From: Naegleria gruberi
Lineage: Eukaryota
DNA length: 64,000 nucleotides
Direction: 5' to 3' (one strand)
Assembly: GCA_000004985.1 (NCBI GenBank)
Contig: GG738869.1
Below the pieces are notes generated by a model. It saw only the letters and a program-made list of their open reading frames with translations. It did not search any database and was not told the DNA's origin. The translations under genes and the position numbers were made by a program. Position 1 is the stretch's first letter. Every line of letters starts with the position of its first letter. This document shows, piece after piece, positions 10,701 through 21,495 of this stretch.

Positions 10701-11019
10701 TTATGGCTCCTTTGAAATACGAAGTGACCGTGAGCTAGTTCTAGAAGCCGTTCGCCATGATTATCACTCCCTTGAATATGTTGTCATTGAATTATTAAGC
10801 GACGAAGAATTCATGACGAAATGCGTGGAAATTAATATTAATTCTCTAATTTATGCTCACTACCAATTAAGATACAATGTAGATTTTCTGAAACGATTGA
10901 ACAAGACAGATATGATCAGAGAAGACACTGATTTACACAACAAAATAGATATTGAAGGACTATTAGGATACAATCCAAAACTTAAAGATTTGAATATTAT
11001 TGATAGAGCTGAAATTTAA
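7713..11019 (+). CDS. Large protein built almost entirely of ~36-aa tandem repeats of the DUF4116-like type (LRNDREfVLeAVkqNGxaLqYASeEL). Three exons: 7713..8278, 8323..8619 and 8667..11019.
   Basis: Three consecutive ORFs in different frames each end in LR(N/G)DR immediately before a GTAGGT or GTAAGT. They rejoin in-frame through a 44-nt intron (8279..8322) and a 47-nt intron (8620..8666). The joined sequences read LRNDR|EIVWNAVKRNG and LRGDR|EIALAAMKS. More than 25 repeat units have a conserved RxDRE(I/L/F)V...A(V/L)...G..L.(Y/F)AS..L core. Confidence 0.7.
8000..10760 (+). repeat. Intragenic tandem array of coding repeats of about 105-115 nt. These are the DUF4116-like units of the gene above.
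   Basis: The motif ...GATAGAGA(A/G)TT... / LRxDRExV recurs about every 36 codons across the ORF. Confidence 0.6.
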
Positions 11020-11134
11020 CACAAACTATCACGTGATACCAGCTGGTAATGAGTTTACTAACAATGTTCCCATTTTCCAAGTTGAGTTTGGAATGTTGTC
11101 TTAACAATGAAACAGAAAAATATGTAAAAATTAT

Positions 11135-13111
11135 TTACTCTCTACTCTGTATCATGTTATTTACAATACGTTTGTAATTTGCTCTTGATAGAGAGACCAA
11201 ATCATCCAAACCAAATGAATAACTTGAATTATTATCGAGACAATATTCCATCATGCTAATGAGTTCCAAAATCTGTTCTCTAAACATTGGTATACTCACA
11301 ACAGTATCCTTCTTTGTTGTTGCATGTAAGGAGAATCTGGAAACGAGTGTAGAACGACATATTATAGTAATAGGAATTGTGGTTGACTTGATGAGTTTGT
11401 TTAGCTCTTTTAACACTCTCTTACAATCCATTGATGTTGGAAATAAGAACATGGCCCAATATAACTGAAAGTGTATACTCTCCTTTAACAATCTAGATTT
11501 GGATGTCAGATCTTGAATTGCTTGTTTTGTAACTTGGTGATAATCTAATGTATTGTCTTTCAGTACATTCATCCATCCAATTAACAACTTAGTGGCAAAC
11601 AGAATTGGAGAATTCCCAAAATTGAGCATTAAGAAATTCAAATCATTTCGAGCCAAATGAAATTCTGCTTGTTGGGCTAGAAAGATTGATCTGTTTAGAT
11701 AGGCATTGAATCTATCTCTAGCATGAGTTGCATTTGTACATGCCATATCAAAATATTGTCTAGCCCTTACATAATTTCCATTCAGTTCCATAACAAAAGC
11801 AACATTGACCATTGCACTAATGTACCTAGAATCTATTCGAATGGCATTTAGAGAATTATCCTTAGACTGTTTCCTCAGATTTAGAATTTCAGTTGCTTGC
11901 TCCAAATTAGACCTTGCCTCAAGTTGACGAGAAAGAGCCAACTGTACAAGTGCCTTATTATTGAGAGCTCGTGTATCATTGGGATTTAAACTATCTAATA
12001 CATACTGAAATTTAGAAGCAGCCTCATGAAAGTTTTCTGAAAACAGTAAATAATAGCCATGAAATTTGTATGAAAAGCTGCGAACATCATCCCAAATTCC
12101 TTTGACGATTGATTGACACATACGAACCAAGGAGAATTCAACTTGGTTATATCGAATTTGACCAACCTTTGTAACTTGAGAAAATTTGTTTTCACTCTTT
12201 GCTAATTGTCCAACAAAGTCAACAAGGTCTGGATTCGGATTGTTGGTGGGGTTTGTTTCAGCTCGATCTTGGAACATGTAGAGCCGAATAATAATTTCTT
12301 CCATAGTTTCGTATTGAGGAATTCTAGTTTCTTGACTTTGAAAACAACTCCATAACAATGGTACAAGATTACTCTCCTCCAATCTGTGTCTAGCTTCTTC
12401 AGAATCATTTTCGTATAGAATTGCCGCAATTTCATCATTCTCCAAGGTTGAAAATGTTTGATTTAGATTTCCTGTAATTAATTGAAATAAAATTGACCCC
12501 AAGGCAAAGACATCATAGGTTTCACTACTTCCTTCACTTGGATAGTTGTTTCCACAACTGTTTGAAAACTCATCATCATCATCAAGAACATCTCCAACAT
12601 GTTGCATCTTTTCAAAATCTGCAAGGACTATTCTAATCACATCGTTTTCATAGCTTTCAACAAGAATATTCTTCAATGTTATATCTCTGTGCACAATGTT
12701 GTTATGATTCCTCAATTCGACAAGAGCACTCGCTAGTTGATAACCTATTTGATATATGATTGGAAATGGAAGTAATCTCATTTGTTTAGTTGTCTCATCA
12801 AACAACATTGAATACAGATCACACTTATAGAATGGCATTTCAATTACCAGTGCATTGTTTTCAAAGTAAGATCGGTAAATTTTCACAATGTTTGGATGGT
12901 CCACCTTTTCTATCATTTCTGCAATTTCCTTTTGTTTTTGTAAATGTTCATCAAGTTTCTCACATTTCATATTATTTTCTTCCCTCTCAATTCTATAAAC
13001 CTTATTTGTGGATATTTCACGAATGACGTGGATTAGAATAGGGGAACGACGACTAGTGTGCAGTAATTGATAGTTGACTTTGTCTTTTTTCCATTTTTCA
13101 GTAATAGACAT
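11135..13111 (-). CDS. Protein [10 protein letters not shown] protein, probably a pseudokinase, fused to a C-terminal TPR-like helical-repeat domain.
   Basis: Contains HPNIVKIY, HRDITLKNILV and a DFE (not DFG) motif (LADFEKM). There is no recognisable Gly-rich loop or VAIK lysine. The C-terminal half has helical TPR-like repeats (YFDMACTNATHARDRFNAYLNRSIFLAQQAEFHLARNDLNF...). Single exon. Confidence 0.6.
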   Translation of the reverse strand: MSITEKWKKDKVNYQLLHTSRRSPILIHVIREISTNKVYRIEREENNMKCEKLDEHLQKQKEIAEMIEKVDHPNIVKIYRSYFENNALVIEMPFYKCDLYSMLFDETTKQMRLLPFPIIYQIGYQLASALVELRNHNNIVHRDITLKNILVESYENDVIRIVLADFEKMQHVGDVLDDDDEFSNSCGNNYPSEGSSETYDVFALGSILFQLITGNLNQTFSTLENDEIAAILYENDSEEARHRLEESNLVPLLWSCFQSQETRIPQYETMEEIIIRLYMFQDRAETNPTNNPNPDLVDFVGQLAKSENKFSQVTKVGQIRYNQVEFSLVRMCQSIVKGIWDDVRSFSYKFHGYYLLFSENFHEAASKFQYVLDSLNPNDTRALNNKALVQLALSRQLEARSNLEQATEILNLRKQSKDNSLNAIRIDSRYISAMVNVAFVMELNGNYVRARQYFDMACTNATHARDRFNAYLNRSIFLAQQAEFHLARNDLNFLMLNFGNSPILFATKLLIGWMNVLKDNTLDYHQVTKQAIQDLTSKSRLLKESIHFQLYWAMFLFPTSMDCKRVLKELNKLIKSTTIPITIICRSTLVSRFSLHATTKKDTVVSIPMFREQILELISMMEYCLDNNSSYSFGLDDLVSLSRANYKRIVNNMIQSRE

Positions 13112-13236
13112 GATGATTTTTGTTTAGTGTGTAAGTTTTGCATGATGGTTGTTTACAAGGAAAAGACCAGATCAAAATCCAAAATGGAATTATTCCAAAA
13201 TAATAATTTTAAAATTTCATATCCAAGTTAACTCGT

Positions 13237-14739
13237 TTATAATACAATTTGTACAAATTCATTGATCAAGTGACTGTCATGCATTTTGTATCTTGTCATG
13301 GTATCATTTCCAATTCTTTCCAATTCAACTAAGCAATCATCTAAATCCTTCTTTGTGTGAGCACTAGAAATGCAGAATCTTACTCTGGCCAAAGCAGTTG
13401 GACAAGCAGGAGCACCAACAATAACAATGGCAATTCCTCTCTCGAGGCAAATTCTAGAAAATGCAATCAATTTTGTCAAGTGATAAATCATCATGACGAT
13501 AACAGGTGAATCTCTATCTGAAATAATTTCAAATCCAAGTTTTTTCAAAGAATCCCCAAAGTAATTGGTATTGAAACTCAATTGGTCTAATTTTTCCTTT
13601 CCAATACTTGTGTTATCTTCACCCATAATGCAAGTGAGAGCTGACAATGCCTGTTGGGCACAAGGAATTGATATTGAAGTACCATAAATCAATCCAAAGC
13701 AAGATTTTTTCAAATAATCAATGACCTCAGCATCTCCAGAAATGTATCCTCCCACAGAATTAAAACTCTTTGTAAAGGTTCCCATCAAGATGTCAATATC
13801 CTTTGGGTCAACATTTTGCTGTTCACAAACACCTCTTCCAGTTTTACCCAAAGCTCCACACGAATGAGCCTCATCCACATAGAGATGGAACTTGTATTGC
13901 TTCTTCAATTCAACTACTCTTTTCAAATTGACAATTTCACCTTCCATACTGTAAATTCCCTCAACAATGACAATAATCTTCTTCCATGGTTTTCTATTTC
14001 CTGGTCCTGGTTGACCATCAATAATGTTCTTTCTCAATAATTTCTCCAAATGATCCATATCATTGTGTCTGAAACGAAGAACTGTTGGAGTACCTTCTGA
14101 AGCTCTAGTTCCATTCACAATACTTGAATGGTTCAAAGAATCGGACAAGATGAGACAATCTCTAGTTGGAGCCAATAATGGAATAACTGTAGAATTGGTT
14201 GCAAATCCCATGGACACAACCATTGCACTTTCCTTTCCAATAAATCTAGCAACTCTCTTTTCCAATTCTCTATGAATTGGAGTATAACCATATTCAGAAT
14301 ATGCAGAACCAGAAGCAACACCATATTTATCAAAACTCTCCAAAACCTGATCAACTACATGTGAAGGACTTTCAGAAAATCCTAGATAATTATAACTAGC
14401 CATATTTAAACAACTTTTCAATTTACCATTCGTGTCAATATTTGCAACTCTTTCAGTGTTTGGATTTCTCATCATGACTTGAATATGTGAAGATGGTCTG
14501 CTTGCAATCGGTCTGTGGAAACAATCAGAACATTTCCCATAGATTCTTCTCACAAAGAAATCATCATCTACGAGGGGTTTCTTACTAGCTTCATCAGGAA
14601 ACCTTTCATAATTTGTTTTATCGATCGGACCAATGAAGAGAATATGAAACAAATCGCTGATCTTTCCCAATATAAATACAATTAGTAGATTTGTATGGGT
14701 TAGAAATAAAGTCAACGGGGAAGGATCACAATGCGTCAT
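13237..14739 (-). CDS. Serine palmitoyltransferase, LCB2/SPTLC2-type subunit. A PLP-dependent alpha-oxoamine synthase.
   Basis: MASYNYLGFS near the N-terminus. The PLP-lysine motif MGTFTKSFNSVGGYISG (GTFTKS) is the AONS/SPT/KBL family signature. The upstream DFFVRRIYGKCSDCFHRPIAS matches the eukaryotic LCB2 N-domain. Confidence 0.8.
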   Translation of the reverse strand: MTHCDPSPLTLFLTHTNLLIVFILGKISDLFHILFIGPIDKTNYERFPDEASKKPLVDDDFFVRRIYGKCSDCFHRPIASRPSSHIQVMMRNPNTERVANIDTNGKLKSCLNMASYNYLGFSESPSHVVDQVLESFDKYGVASGSAYSEYGYTPIHRELEKRVARFIGKESAMVVSMGFATNSTVIPLLAPTRDCLILSDSLNHSSIVNGTRASEGTPTVLRFRHNDMDHLEKLLRKNIIDGQPGPGNRKPWKKIIVIVEGIYSMEGEIVNLKRVVELKKQYKFHLYVDEAHSCGALGKTGRGVCEQQNVDPKDIDILMGTFTKSFNSVGGYISGDAEVIDYLKKSCFGLIYGTSISIPCAQQALSALTCIMGEDNTSIGKEKLDQLSFNTNYFGDSLKKLGFEIISDRDSPVIVMMIYHLTKLIAFSRICLERGIAIVIVGAPACPTALARVRFCISSAHTKKDLDDCLVELERIGNDTMTRYKMHDSHLINEFVQIVL

Positions 14740-15170
14740 TGAAAAACTGTACTGTTAGTAATATATATTTGTTATTATTGTTAAAAACTGTTGAAGAATA
14801 TTTTGAGTGGTTGTTTTTGTGGCTGTTTTGTGTGTGGCTATGAGGAAATGCACGGTGAGTGTGTTGACCTTTTTTTTGAGTAATACTTGAATAAGATTCG
14901 ATGAGCGAATTGAAATATTTTTGAGAATCGAATCTTTCTCATTATCCTTCAAGAAGAAGAGGAGTTGCTGCTTGTCGCCGTTTGTTCGTTTATTGCTGTT
15001 GGTGTTTGGGCAATTGGAAGATAGAACGAACTTCGGGTGTACACCATGTCGTTGAATGGTTGTGTTTTCCTTTTAGATGGAATTTGATCATGCAATTTCC
15101 TGAACACTCCCTGACCAAAGGTAAGTTTTAGAAGAGTTGTTACGTTTGATTTTTTTGAAATGGATGTGAA

Positions 15171-15251
15171 GCAGGGGTTCCCGAGTGGTCAAAGGGGGTA
15201 GACTCAAGTTCTACTGCGCAAGCTTCGTGGGTTCAAATCCCACCTTCTGCA
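15171..15251 (+). tRNA. tRNA-Leu (anticodon CAA), a class II tRNA with a long variable arm.
   Basis: GCAGGGGTTCCCGAGTGGTCAAAGGGGGTAGACTCAAGTTCTACTGCGCAAGCTTCGTGGGTTCAAATCCCACCTTCTGCA. Anticodon stem GTAGA/TCTAC, loop CTCAAGT, T-arm GTGGG-TTCAAAT-CCCAC. A T-run (GCTTTTTTA) follows. Confidence 0.85.
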
Positions 15252-15438
15252 GCTTTTTTACAAAATCAACTTATAAGATGTATAAACTTTTTTTATATCT
15301 GCATGTTGTATTTGATGTCTACCATCATATCTGAAAGAATCTATTTTTTATTTACTATTTTAGTTCGAAGAATAGCCTCAGATCAAAAACGTTGATATTT
15401 CACTTGAAAAAATCTCATCACTTTACAATTTTAAAAAA

Positions 15439-17445
15439 ATGTCTCAACAACCTTCAAGCTGCCTTTTATTGTCTCTACCCGACGAATGTCTATCACTGGT
15501 TTTTTCCAACCTCTCCATACAAGAACTATTCTTCCGAGCCAGATCTACCTGTAGAAATTTTCATGAAATTATTGTGGGTATCGCTTCACCATTTCAACAA
15601 AAGGAAAACAAGAATTGCTTGATAAGAAATCAAAAGTTGAAAATTTTGTGTTTAAATAATAATCCAATCAGATTAAAATCACTGTGGGAGTGTATTAGAA
15701 AGGGTTATTTTGAAGAATCAGTAACTAAATTCAGTATTACTGCTAGAAGAACTGAATTGTTGGAAACTTTGCTTGACAAGAATGATTTCTTTGTAAAATA
15801 CTTTTCAAATTTGGAATGTTTAAAATTTGGATCAAAGAATTTGTGCAGTGAACATATTTCTGAATTGTTTAATCCTGATAATTCCAAACATTTAAGAAAG
15901 TTAACAATATTGAAGTTGGCAAATAATAATTTGGATATCAAAACAGCAAGGAGCATAGCCAAGTGTGAAAACTTAACTAATTTGACATCACTAGATTTGA
16001 GCACTAATGTTATGGAAGGTGACTGTATAGAATTACTAACGAGTCCATATTTAGAAAAGTTAACAAATCTCAATTTGAGTGGTAATTATATTACAACAAT
16101 ATTATGGAAAGAAAAATTCAAATTCAAAAACTTGGAAAAGATATCAATTGAAAATCCATTTGAGTTCGTTTTCAATAATCAATCTGAAACATATTTATTT
16201 AGCAAGCTCACATATCTAGATGCTTCTGACTCAATTGAGGAGGAAAAAAGATTCTCTGCTATGAAAAAGTTTGATTCCATACCAACAATCACATATTTGA
16301 ATTTAAATTATGTAGAATTAACACAAGAATCCATACTATCCCTTATTGCAGATAGTAGATGCCTTTCCAAGTTGGAAAATTTAGAATTAATCGGTTGCTC
16401 ACTTACTGGAACTGGATTTGCAATCTTGACTAGAAGCAGATATTTATCAAATTTGAAAAATCTGGTTGCTGAAAGTAATGACATTGATTTTGAAGGTTTT
16501 GTACACTTTGGAACAGATTCGTTTACTTTGAAGAATCTAATTACTCTAGATTTAATTTCAAATGACTTTAGCGTGAAATCTTATGAATATTTATTAAGAG
16601 AACCCTCTTTAACAAAATTGGAGAAACTTTATTGTGATAATGTTGATGAGGTTGAGGCAAAATACATTGCAGAACACCAAGAAAATATTACAGGAATAAC
16701 TGATTTGGTATTTACTGGCTATTCTGAAATGGAAGATGACAGTATGAAATATTTGGCCATGTTAAAATTACTCAAACTCAAGAAATTGAAATGCACTGGC
16801 ACAGGAGGCACCTTTTCAGGATTGATTTACTTTTTAGAAAATTGCACTTGTGAAAATTTGGAAACATTAGAATTTGGTAGGGTAAAATTTACAAATATTG
16901 ACGAGCAAATGAAGGCCATCTCATCACTACTCTCCAATAAGCACTTCTCCAAGTTGGAAACCCTAACTTTGGATGGACTTGCTGATGAACCTTTGAGAAT
17001 GTTATTGGATAATATGGACGACGATAAGTTATTGAGCAAACTTTCAACTTTATCAATTTCAGAAATTAATGACGATGCATTCAGAGTTCTAACAAGTCAT
17101 CCAAATAGTTCCAAATTGAAAATGCTTGCTCTTATGGAAGGAGAGCTTTCAGATGAGTCAATTGAACATTTTGTTAATAGTCCACACTTTCATGAGCTTA
17201 ATTATTTGGATTTGATTGGAACTGAAATATCACGTGAATCGAGTAAGCGTATTGCTCACAGTACCAACATTCCAAATCTCGAATATTTATTTGGTTCTTT
17301 TATTTTGGCTGATTTCGAACAGGAAACTAATTTACCGAAACTTTCTCATCTCTATTTAACAGAAAATGGTTTGGAAACCCCAAAAGATGATGATGATGAT
17401 GGATTGTATGAAGCAACAGAAGTGGAAGATCAACTTTCAAATTAA
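15439..17445 (+). CDS. F-box / leucine-rich-repeat (RNI-like) protein.
   Basis: N-terminal F-box (LSLPDECLSLVFSNLSIQELFFRARSTCRNFHEII). It is followed by many LxxLxLxxN-type LRRs (LTNLTSLDLSTN, LTNLNLSGNYIT, LENLELIGCSLTG...) and an acidic tail (DDDDDGLYEATEVED). Confidence 0.7.
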   Translation: MSQQPSSCLLLSLPDECLSLVFSNLSIQELFFRARSTCRNFHEIIVGIASPFQQKENKNCLIRNQKLKILCLNNNPIRLKSLWECIRKGYFEESVTKFSITARRTELLETLLDKNDFFVKYFSNLECLKFGSKNLCSEHISELFNPDNSKHLRKLTILKLANNNLDIKTARSIAKCENLTNLTSLDLSTNVMEGDCIELLTSPYLEKLTNLNLSGNYITTILWKEKFKFKNLEKISIENPFEFVFNNQSETYLFSKLTYLDASDSIEEEKRFSAMKKFDSIPTITYLNLNYVELTQESILSLIADSRCLSKLENLELIGCSLTGTGFAILTRSRYLSNLKNLVAESNDIDFEGFVHFGTDSFTLKNLITLDLISNDFSVKSYEYLLREPSLTKLEKLYCDNVDEVEAKYIAEHQENITGITDLVFTGYSEMEDDSMKYLAMLKLLKLKKLKCTGTGGTFSGLIYFLENCTCENLETLEFGRVKFTNIDEQMKAISSLLSNKHFSKLETLTLDGLADEPLRMLLDNMDDDKLLSKLSTLSISEINDDAFRVLTSHPNSSKLKMLALMEGELSDESIEHFVNSPHFHELNYLDLIGTEISRESSKRIAHSTNIPNLEYLFGSFILADFEQETNLPKLSHLYLTENGLETPKDDDDDGLYEATEVEDQLSN

Positions 17446-17516
17446 ATAAATTTCTGTTCGAATCAAAACTAATTCTAATTTGGTAATTCTCATAGTTTTA
17501 CAAAGTCGAAAAAAAA

Positions 17517-20035
17517 ATGTCCTACTTACTATCAGTGCTTCTGCCAGATGTCATCCTTTCAATCGTGCTCATTCTTTTCTTTATTGTCGTTTCTAGACAA
17601 TTGACACTCTTTAATAATTACAAACAAAGAATATTGAGAGAGAAGGTTAAAACTTCAAGAGAATACAATCGGAAGAAAATTATGGCAGATACAGAAGAGG
17701 GAAATGGTCAGGAGGAACGTAATTCGAATACAGACGAAACTCAGACAAATCAAGAAGAAGTCGGGACGAATTGCTTGTGGATCCACAAATTGTTTCTACC
17801 ATGTCTTATTGGGAGAAATCAATGAGAGAGGGTGTTGCGTCATCATTTGTGTTTTTCATGGAATTAATTAGAAATTTATATGTTTCAATAATTAGTTTAG
17901 TTTCGTATGGATATAGAAGAAGGAATTTATACAAAATTTATAGAAAGTTCGGAAGAGAAAAGGCTATTTACTTGAGTTTCCAGCTTCATTTATTGTGGAT
18001 TAGTCTATTATGCTCAATTATTGTCTGTGCTGTCTTGTTACCTTTACATTTGACAGGTAGAGAAATTGACAACTCGGAATATGCATATAATATCGTTGCT
18101 CTTACCTCTGCTCTCAGAGCAGCAACTTCACCAGTCAAGATGTTTGCTCACGTAGCCATTCTAATTGTGTTTATAATTATTACATTAGTTTTCATGGTTT
18201 CTTTCAATAGAAATAGGTTTAGTTCTTCACTTCTTTTGGTAGGTGAAGATTCTAATAGCACAGAACAGGATTCTACCCTTTCCAATGACGAAACTGTTAT
18301 CATTTCTCCATTTACAATAGTTTTAGATGGAATTCCAAAAGAATCATCTCAGAAAAGTGTCGAACAATTCATTGAAGAAAATTTTAATGGTGGATTGAGT
18401 GCGAATGATGAAAATAGTAAGATTGTAAAGATATTTCATGTGCCAAATCTTGTGGATCGGTTAAATCTCAAAGAATTGGAAGAACATTTGGAAAGAGAAT
18501 TGGAACATTTCATGCATTTAAAAGGAAAATCAAATTATGATGTTGCCAAACGTCACATAGTTCATGAAATGAGACCATTGTACTCGGATGATTTGAGATT
18601 CAAATTGTGTGGATGTACTACATATAGTACCAATTTGAAAACTATGACTACTGATGAGGCAGTAGAATATTTAAGATTGGAATATTCAGATTGTAAAAGA
18701 ATGGTGGAACAATGGGATGGAGAATATACTTCAATGTTTCTTACAGATGAAAGACAATCACAAGATGAGGAATATTTATCTCAAATCAAACAAGTGAAAT
18801 CATCTGGAAAGTGCTTTATAGTTTTTAAAAAGGTTGAACATGTTGATGAAGCAATTGAAAAGAATCGAATAATGTTCAATGATTCTTCAGTTTCCTTGAT
18901 GAAACTATTAATTGAACCGCAAGATATCAATTGGCACTTTATTGGCGGTACCTCCAAATACTTTTCCTTGAGAAACTTTTGCATGATTAGTTTAATATTC
19001 TTTGTATTGTTGGTATTTTCTGGACCACCATCCATTTTACAATCACTTCAAGCATTGGGATCTCCTATTCTTAAAGCTGTCAAACTTGGTGACTTGTCTG
19101 ATTTACTATTTCACTACTGTCCTTCTCTGTTGATTTTCATTTTCAGCAAATTGTTTCCAATATTTTTCAAAAAGATTACTCAAACAGAGAAGCACCTTTC
19201 CAAATCATTTTACAGTAGGATATTATTAGTGAGATTGTTTACATTTTCCATTTTGAATATTCTCATTTTACCAGGATTGTGGATTATCTCAGCTTTCCTC
19301 TTTTTAGTTTTCGCAAATGATGGCAAACATTTGGATATCATGTTCTTGCCAAAAACAATTGAAACAATGATTTCTACATTGCTACAATTCATGGTTATGG
19401 AGAATGTTTACGAATTGGTCAGATTTGGCAAAACACTTTATTATATTTGGAAGACAACATTTAATTGTTACAGAAAAGCAAGAACTCCCACTCAAATTTT
19501 AAAACTAATTAAGGAAACTAAGGAATTCGATATGGAAGAGAATGTTTCAAACATGTTGGGTATATTATGTATGTCGATGGTCTATTCATTCTGTTGTCCA
19601 CTTGTAATGCCATTGGCATTCCTTTGCATCTTTATCAAGCACTGGTTTGATAGATGTGTTATTGAAGAGGAATTCACTCATCACTCCAATATCAATGAGA
19701 AGGATGACAAACTCGATTTTACCAGTAGTTTGAGATTATCCAAGCTATTGATCGTTCTTGTTCTTACAACATTGAGCATTGTTGGAATGATTGTAATTTT
19801 AGGATTTTCTTACTTGTTTTTTACTAGTCTAATGTATATTATACATTTGGGAGTTTGTGGAGCTTGCTTAGCTATTCTTCTATTAATTACCTTGGCGTTG
19901 ATTTTCAAACAAAACTCAAGTGTCAGATCAAATAAGAAAGATATTGCAGAACAGCAAGAACGAATGCTTGATCCAAATTCATTCTCACAACAAGTTCAAG
20001 ATATTCTCAATGTGGAAAATATTCTCAAGTTTTGA
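17517..20035 (+). CDS. OSCA/CSC1/TMEM63-like (DUF221) stress-gated cation channel. The 5' structure is unresolved: the exon-1 ORF 17517..~17700 and the main ORF from ~17745/17801 are in different frames.
   Basis: The N-terminal ORF encodes a TM0 helix plus an RQLTLFNNYKQRILREKV segment like the OSCA N-terminus. The main ORF has AIYLSFQLHLLWISLLCSIIVCAVLLPLH and the cytosolic block CFIVFKKVEHVDEAIEKNRI...LIEPQDINWHFIGGTSKYFSLRN, which matches AFVTF...AP.P.DI.W.NL. A multi-TM C-terminal half follows. No canonical intron of more than 38 nt could be found to join the two frames. Confidence 0.55.
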
Positions 20036-20082
20036 TTTTTGTTTGACAATCAACACTCAATTCTGTAACTCTTAAGGCAATC

Positions 20083-21252
20083 TCAATAAAAAATGGAAAT
20101 ATCAGAAAATGTTAAATTATTCAATTGACCTTTCAGATGTGTAAAGAATATTATTTCTTCTGAAGATTTAGTTTCAAAAAATGTTCTTTGATAAATAAAT
20201 CCATGAAAACGTCCAAAAACAATTGTTTCCTTTTCATTCTCAATTGCTATTTGAAGGGGTTCCTCTTTAAGCAGATGAAAATGTGTGGCAGATCTTACGG
20301 CAGTTGACATACTGGAGCAGCAGACATCACTGAATGATCCCTCAATTTTAATAGGTTGAAATTCTTTGACTATTCTTGGCGAAACTAATCCAGTACATTG
20401 CTTTGAATTGTTTAGTCCTGCACAATAAATTTTACCATCCTCTAATAGTAAAGCTAGATGAGAAAATCCACCAACCATCTTTTTAATTCCACAATTGATT
20501 GATAATTTCAATTCATTCAACTCTCCACTAACATTGCCAAATCCAATTCCATTCTTTCTAATAAATAGACGATTGTTTTCCAATAAGATGAATTGTGCAT
20601 TATTGGTGGAACAACATGCAAATTGTTTCACTCTATATTCCGGAAATGGAAAATGAATATTTTCAACCATTTCCTCTTTTTCATAAATAGTTCCATCAAT
20701 TGTCTGAACTAACCAACAAGTTGACATGATTCCACTTCCAACACAATTAAGTAATGAAGTGTGTGAGATGAAGAATTTGTGCATTTTCAATGTTTGAGTA
20801 TCAAATTCAAACAAAGATCCATCCATCATTTCGAATAAAATAAATCTTGAATTATTCGAAACAACTCTCTTCATAGATTGCCCTCTTTTTGAATTGCTCA
20901 ACTCAGACAGCAATGAACTAAACTTTTTTTTCTCTCCTTGAAATACGAAATATTCACTCTCACTCCCTTCGAACAGAAACATTGAATAGGAACCATCACT
21001 ATTCCCACCACAACAAATATACGAAACATGTATTGTTGCATTTTCTTGAATCTCGGAGGGTGAAAAATTATTTTCTTCAGCTTTAGGAAAATTTGAAGGT
21101 TTAATTTCCATCTTGTGCCAACGAGCAGGAAAATCCAAACCTAAATTCTTAAATTTGGTGTGAAAGATTTCACCATAAACTTTGAGCATTTTTTTTGTAA
21201 ACTTTTTCTGAGAGAAACGATAGACTTTGAGAATGTGGAAAATTTTCTCCAC
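20083..21252 (-). CDS. RCC1-like repeat (beta-propeller) protein.
   Basis: Repeated blades of the form ...CGGNSDGSYSMF..., ...LLLEDGKIYCAGLNNSKQCTGL... and ...NAQFILLENNRLFIRKNGIGFGNVSGEL... recur. Single exon. Confidence 0.5.
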   Translation of the reverse strand: MEKIFHILKVYRFSQKKFTKKMLKVYGEIFHTKFKNLGLDFPARWHKMEIKPSNFPKAEENNFSPSEIQENATIHVSYICCGGNSDGSYSMFLFEGSESEYFVFQGEKKKFSSLLSELSNSKRGQSMKRVVSNNSRFILFEMMDGSLFEFDTQTLKMHKFFISHTSLLNCVGSGIMSTCWLVQTIDGTIYEKEEMVENIHFPFPEYRVKQFACCSTNNAQFILLENNRLFIRKNGIGFGNVSGELNELKLSINCGIKKMVGGFSHLALLLEDGKIYCAGLNNSKQCTGLVSPRIVKEFQPIKIEGSFSDVCCSSMSTAVRSATHFHLLKEEPLQIAIENEKETIVFGRFHGFIYQRTFFETKSSEEIIFFTHLKGQLNNLTFSDISIFY

Positions 21253-21495
21253 TTTTATTGGATACTATTGCAAACTCTCAAATTACAGTAACTCCTCCAA
21301 ATGAATAATTTACTTTCCAATAATTATAGATTATTAGAATTGATAACAAGATGGAATTATAGAACTATAGCAGGTGAAACAAATTTCAAATCAACACATC
21401 CTTTGCCTCCCAACTACTGATTTTCAATATTGTAAATAAACTTTTAGAAACTTTTCTCAAATTAAATAATTTTAGTTTTTAGTAAACAAAAAAAA

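Noticed and set aside
15046-15171. Possibility that tRNA-Leu(CAA) lies inside a 5'-UTR intron of the downstream F-box gene, since a GTAAGT occurs at 15121 just upstream of the tRNA.
   Set aside because: No upstream coding or UTR exon could be supported. The short ATG ORF at 15046 terminates after 13 codons. An isolated GTAAGT hexamer in AT-rich intergenic DNA is expected by chance.
17641-17745. Confident annotation of a 38-nt intron in the OSCA-like gene.
   Set aside because: The donor GTCAGG is weak and 38 nt is below the shortest convincing intron in the window (41 nt). The observation is reported instead as an unresolved frame break.
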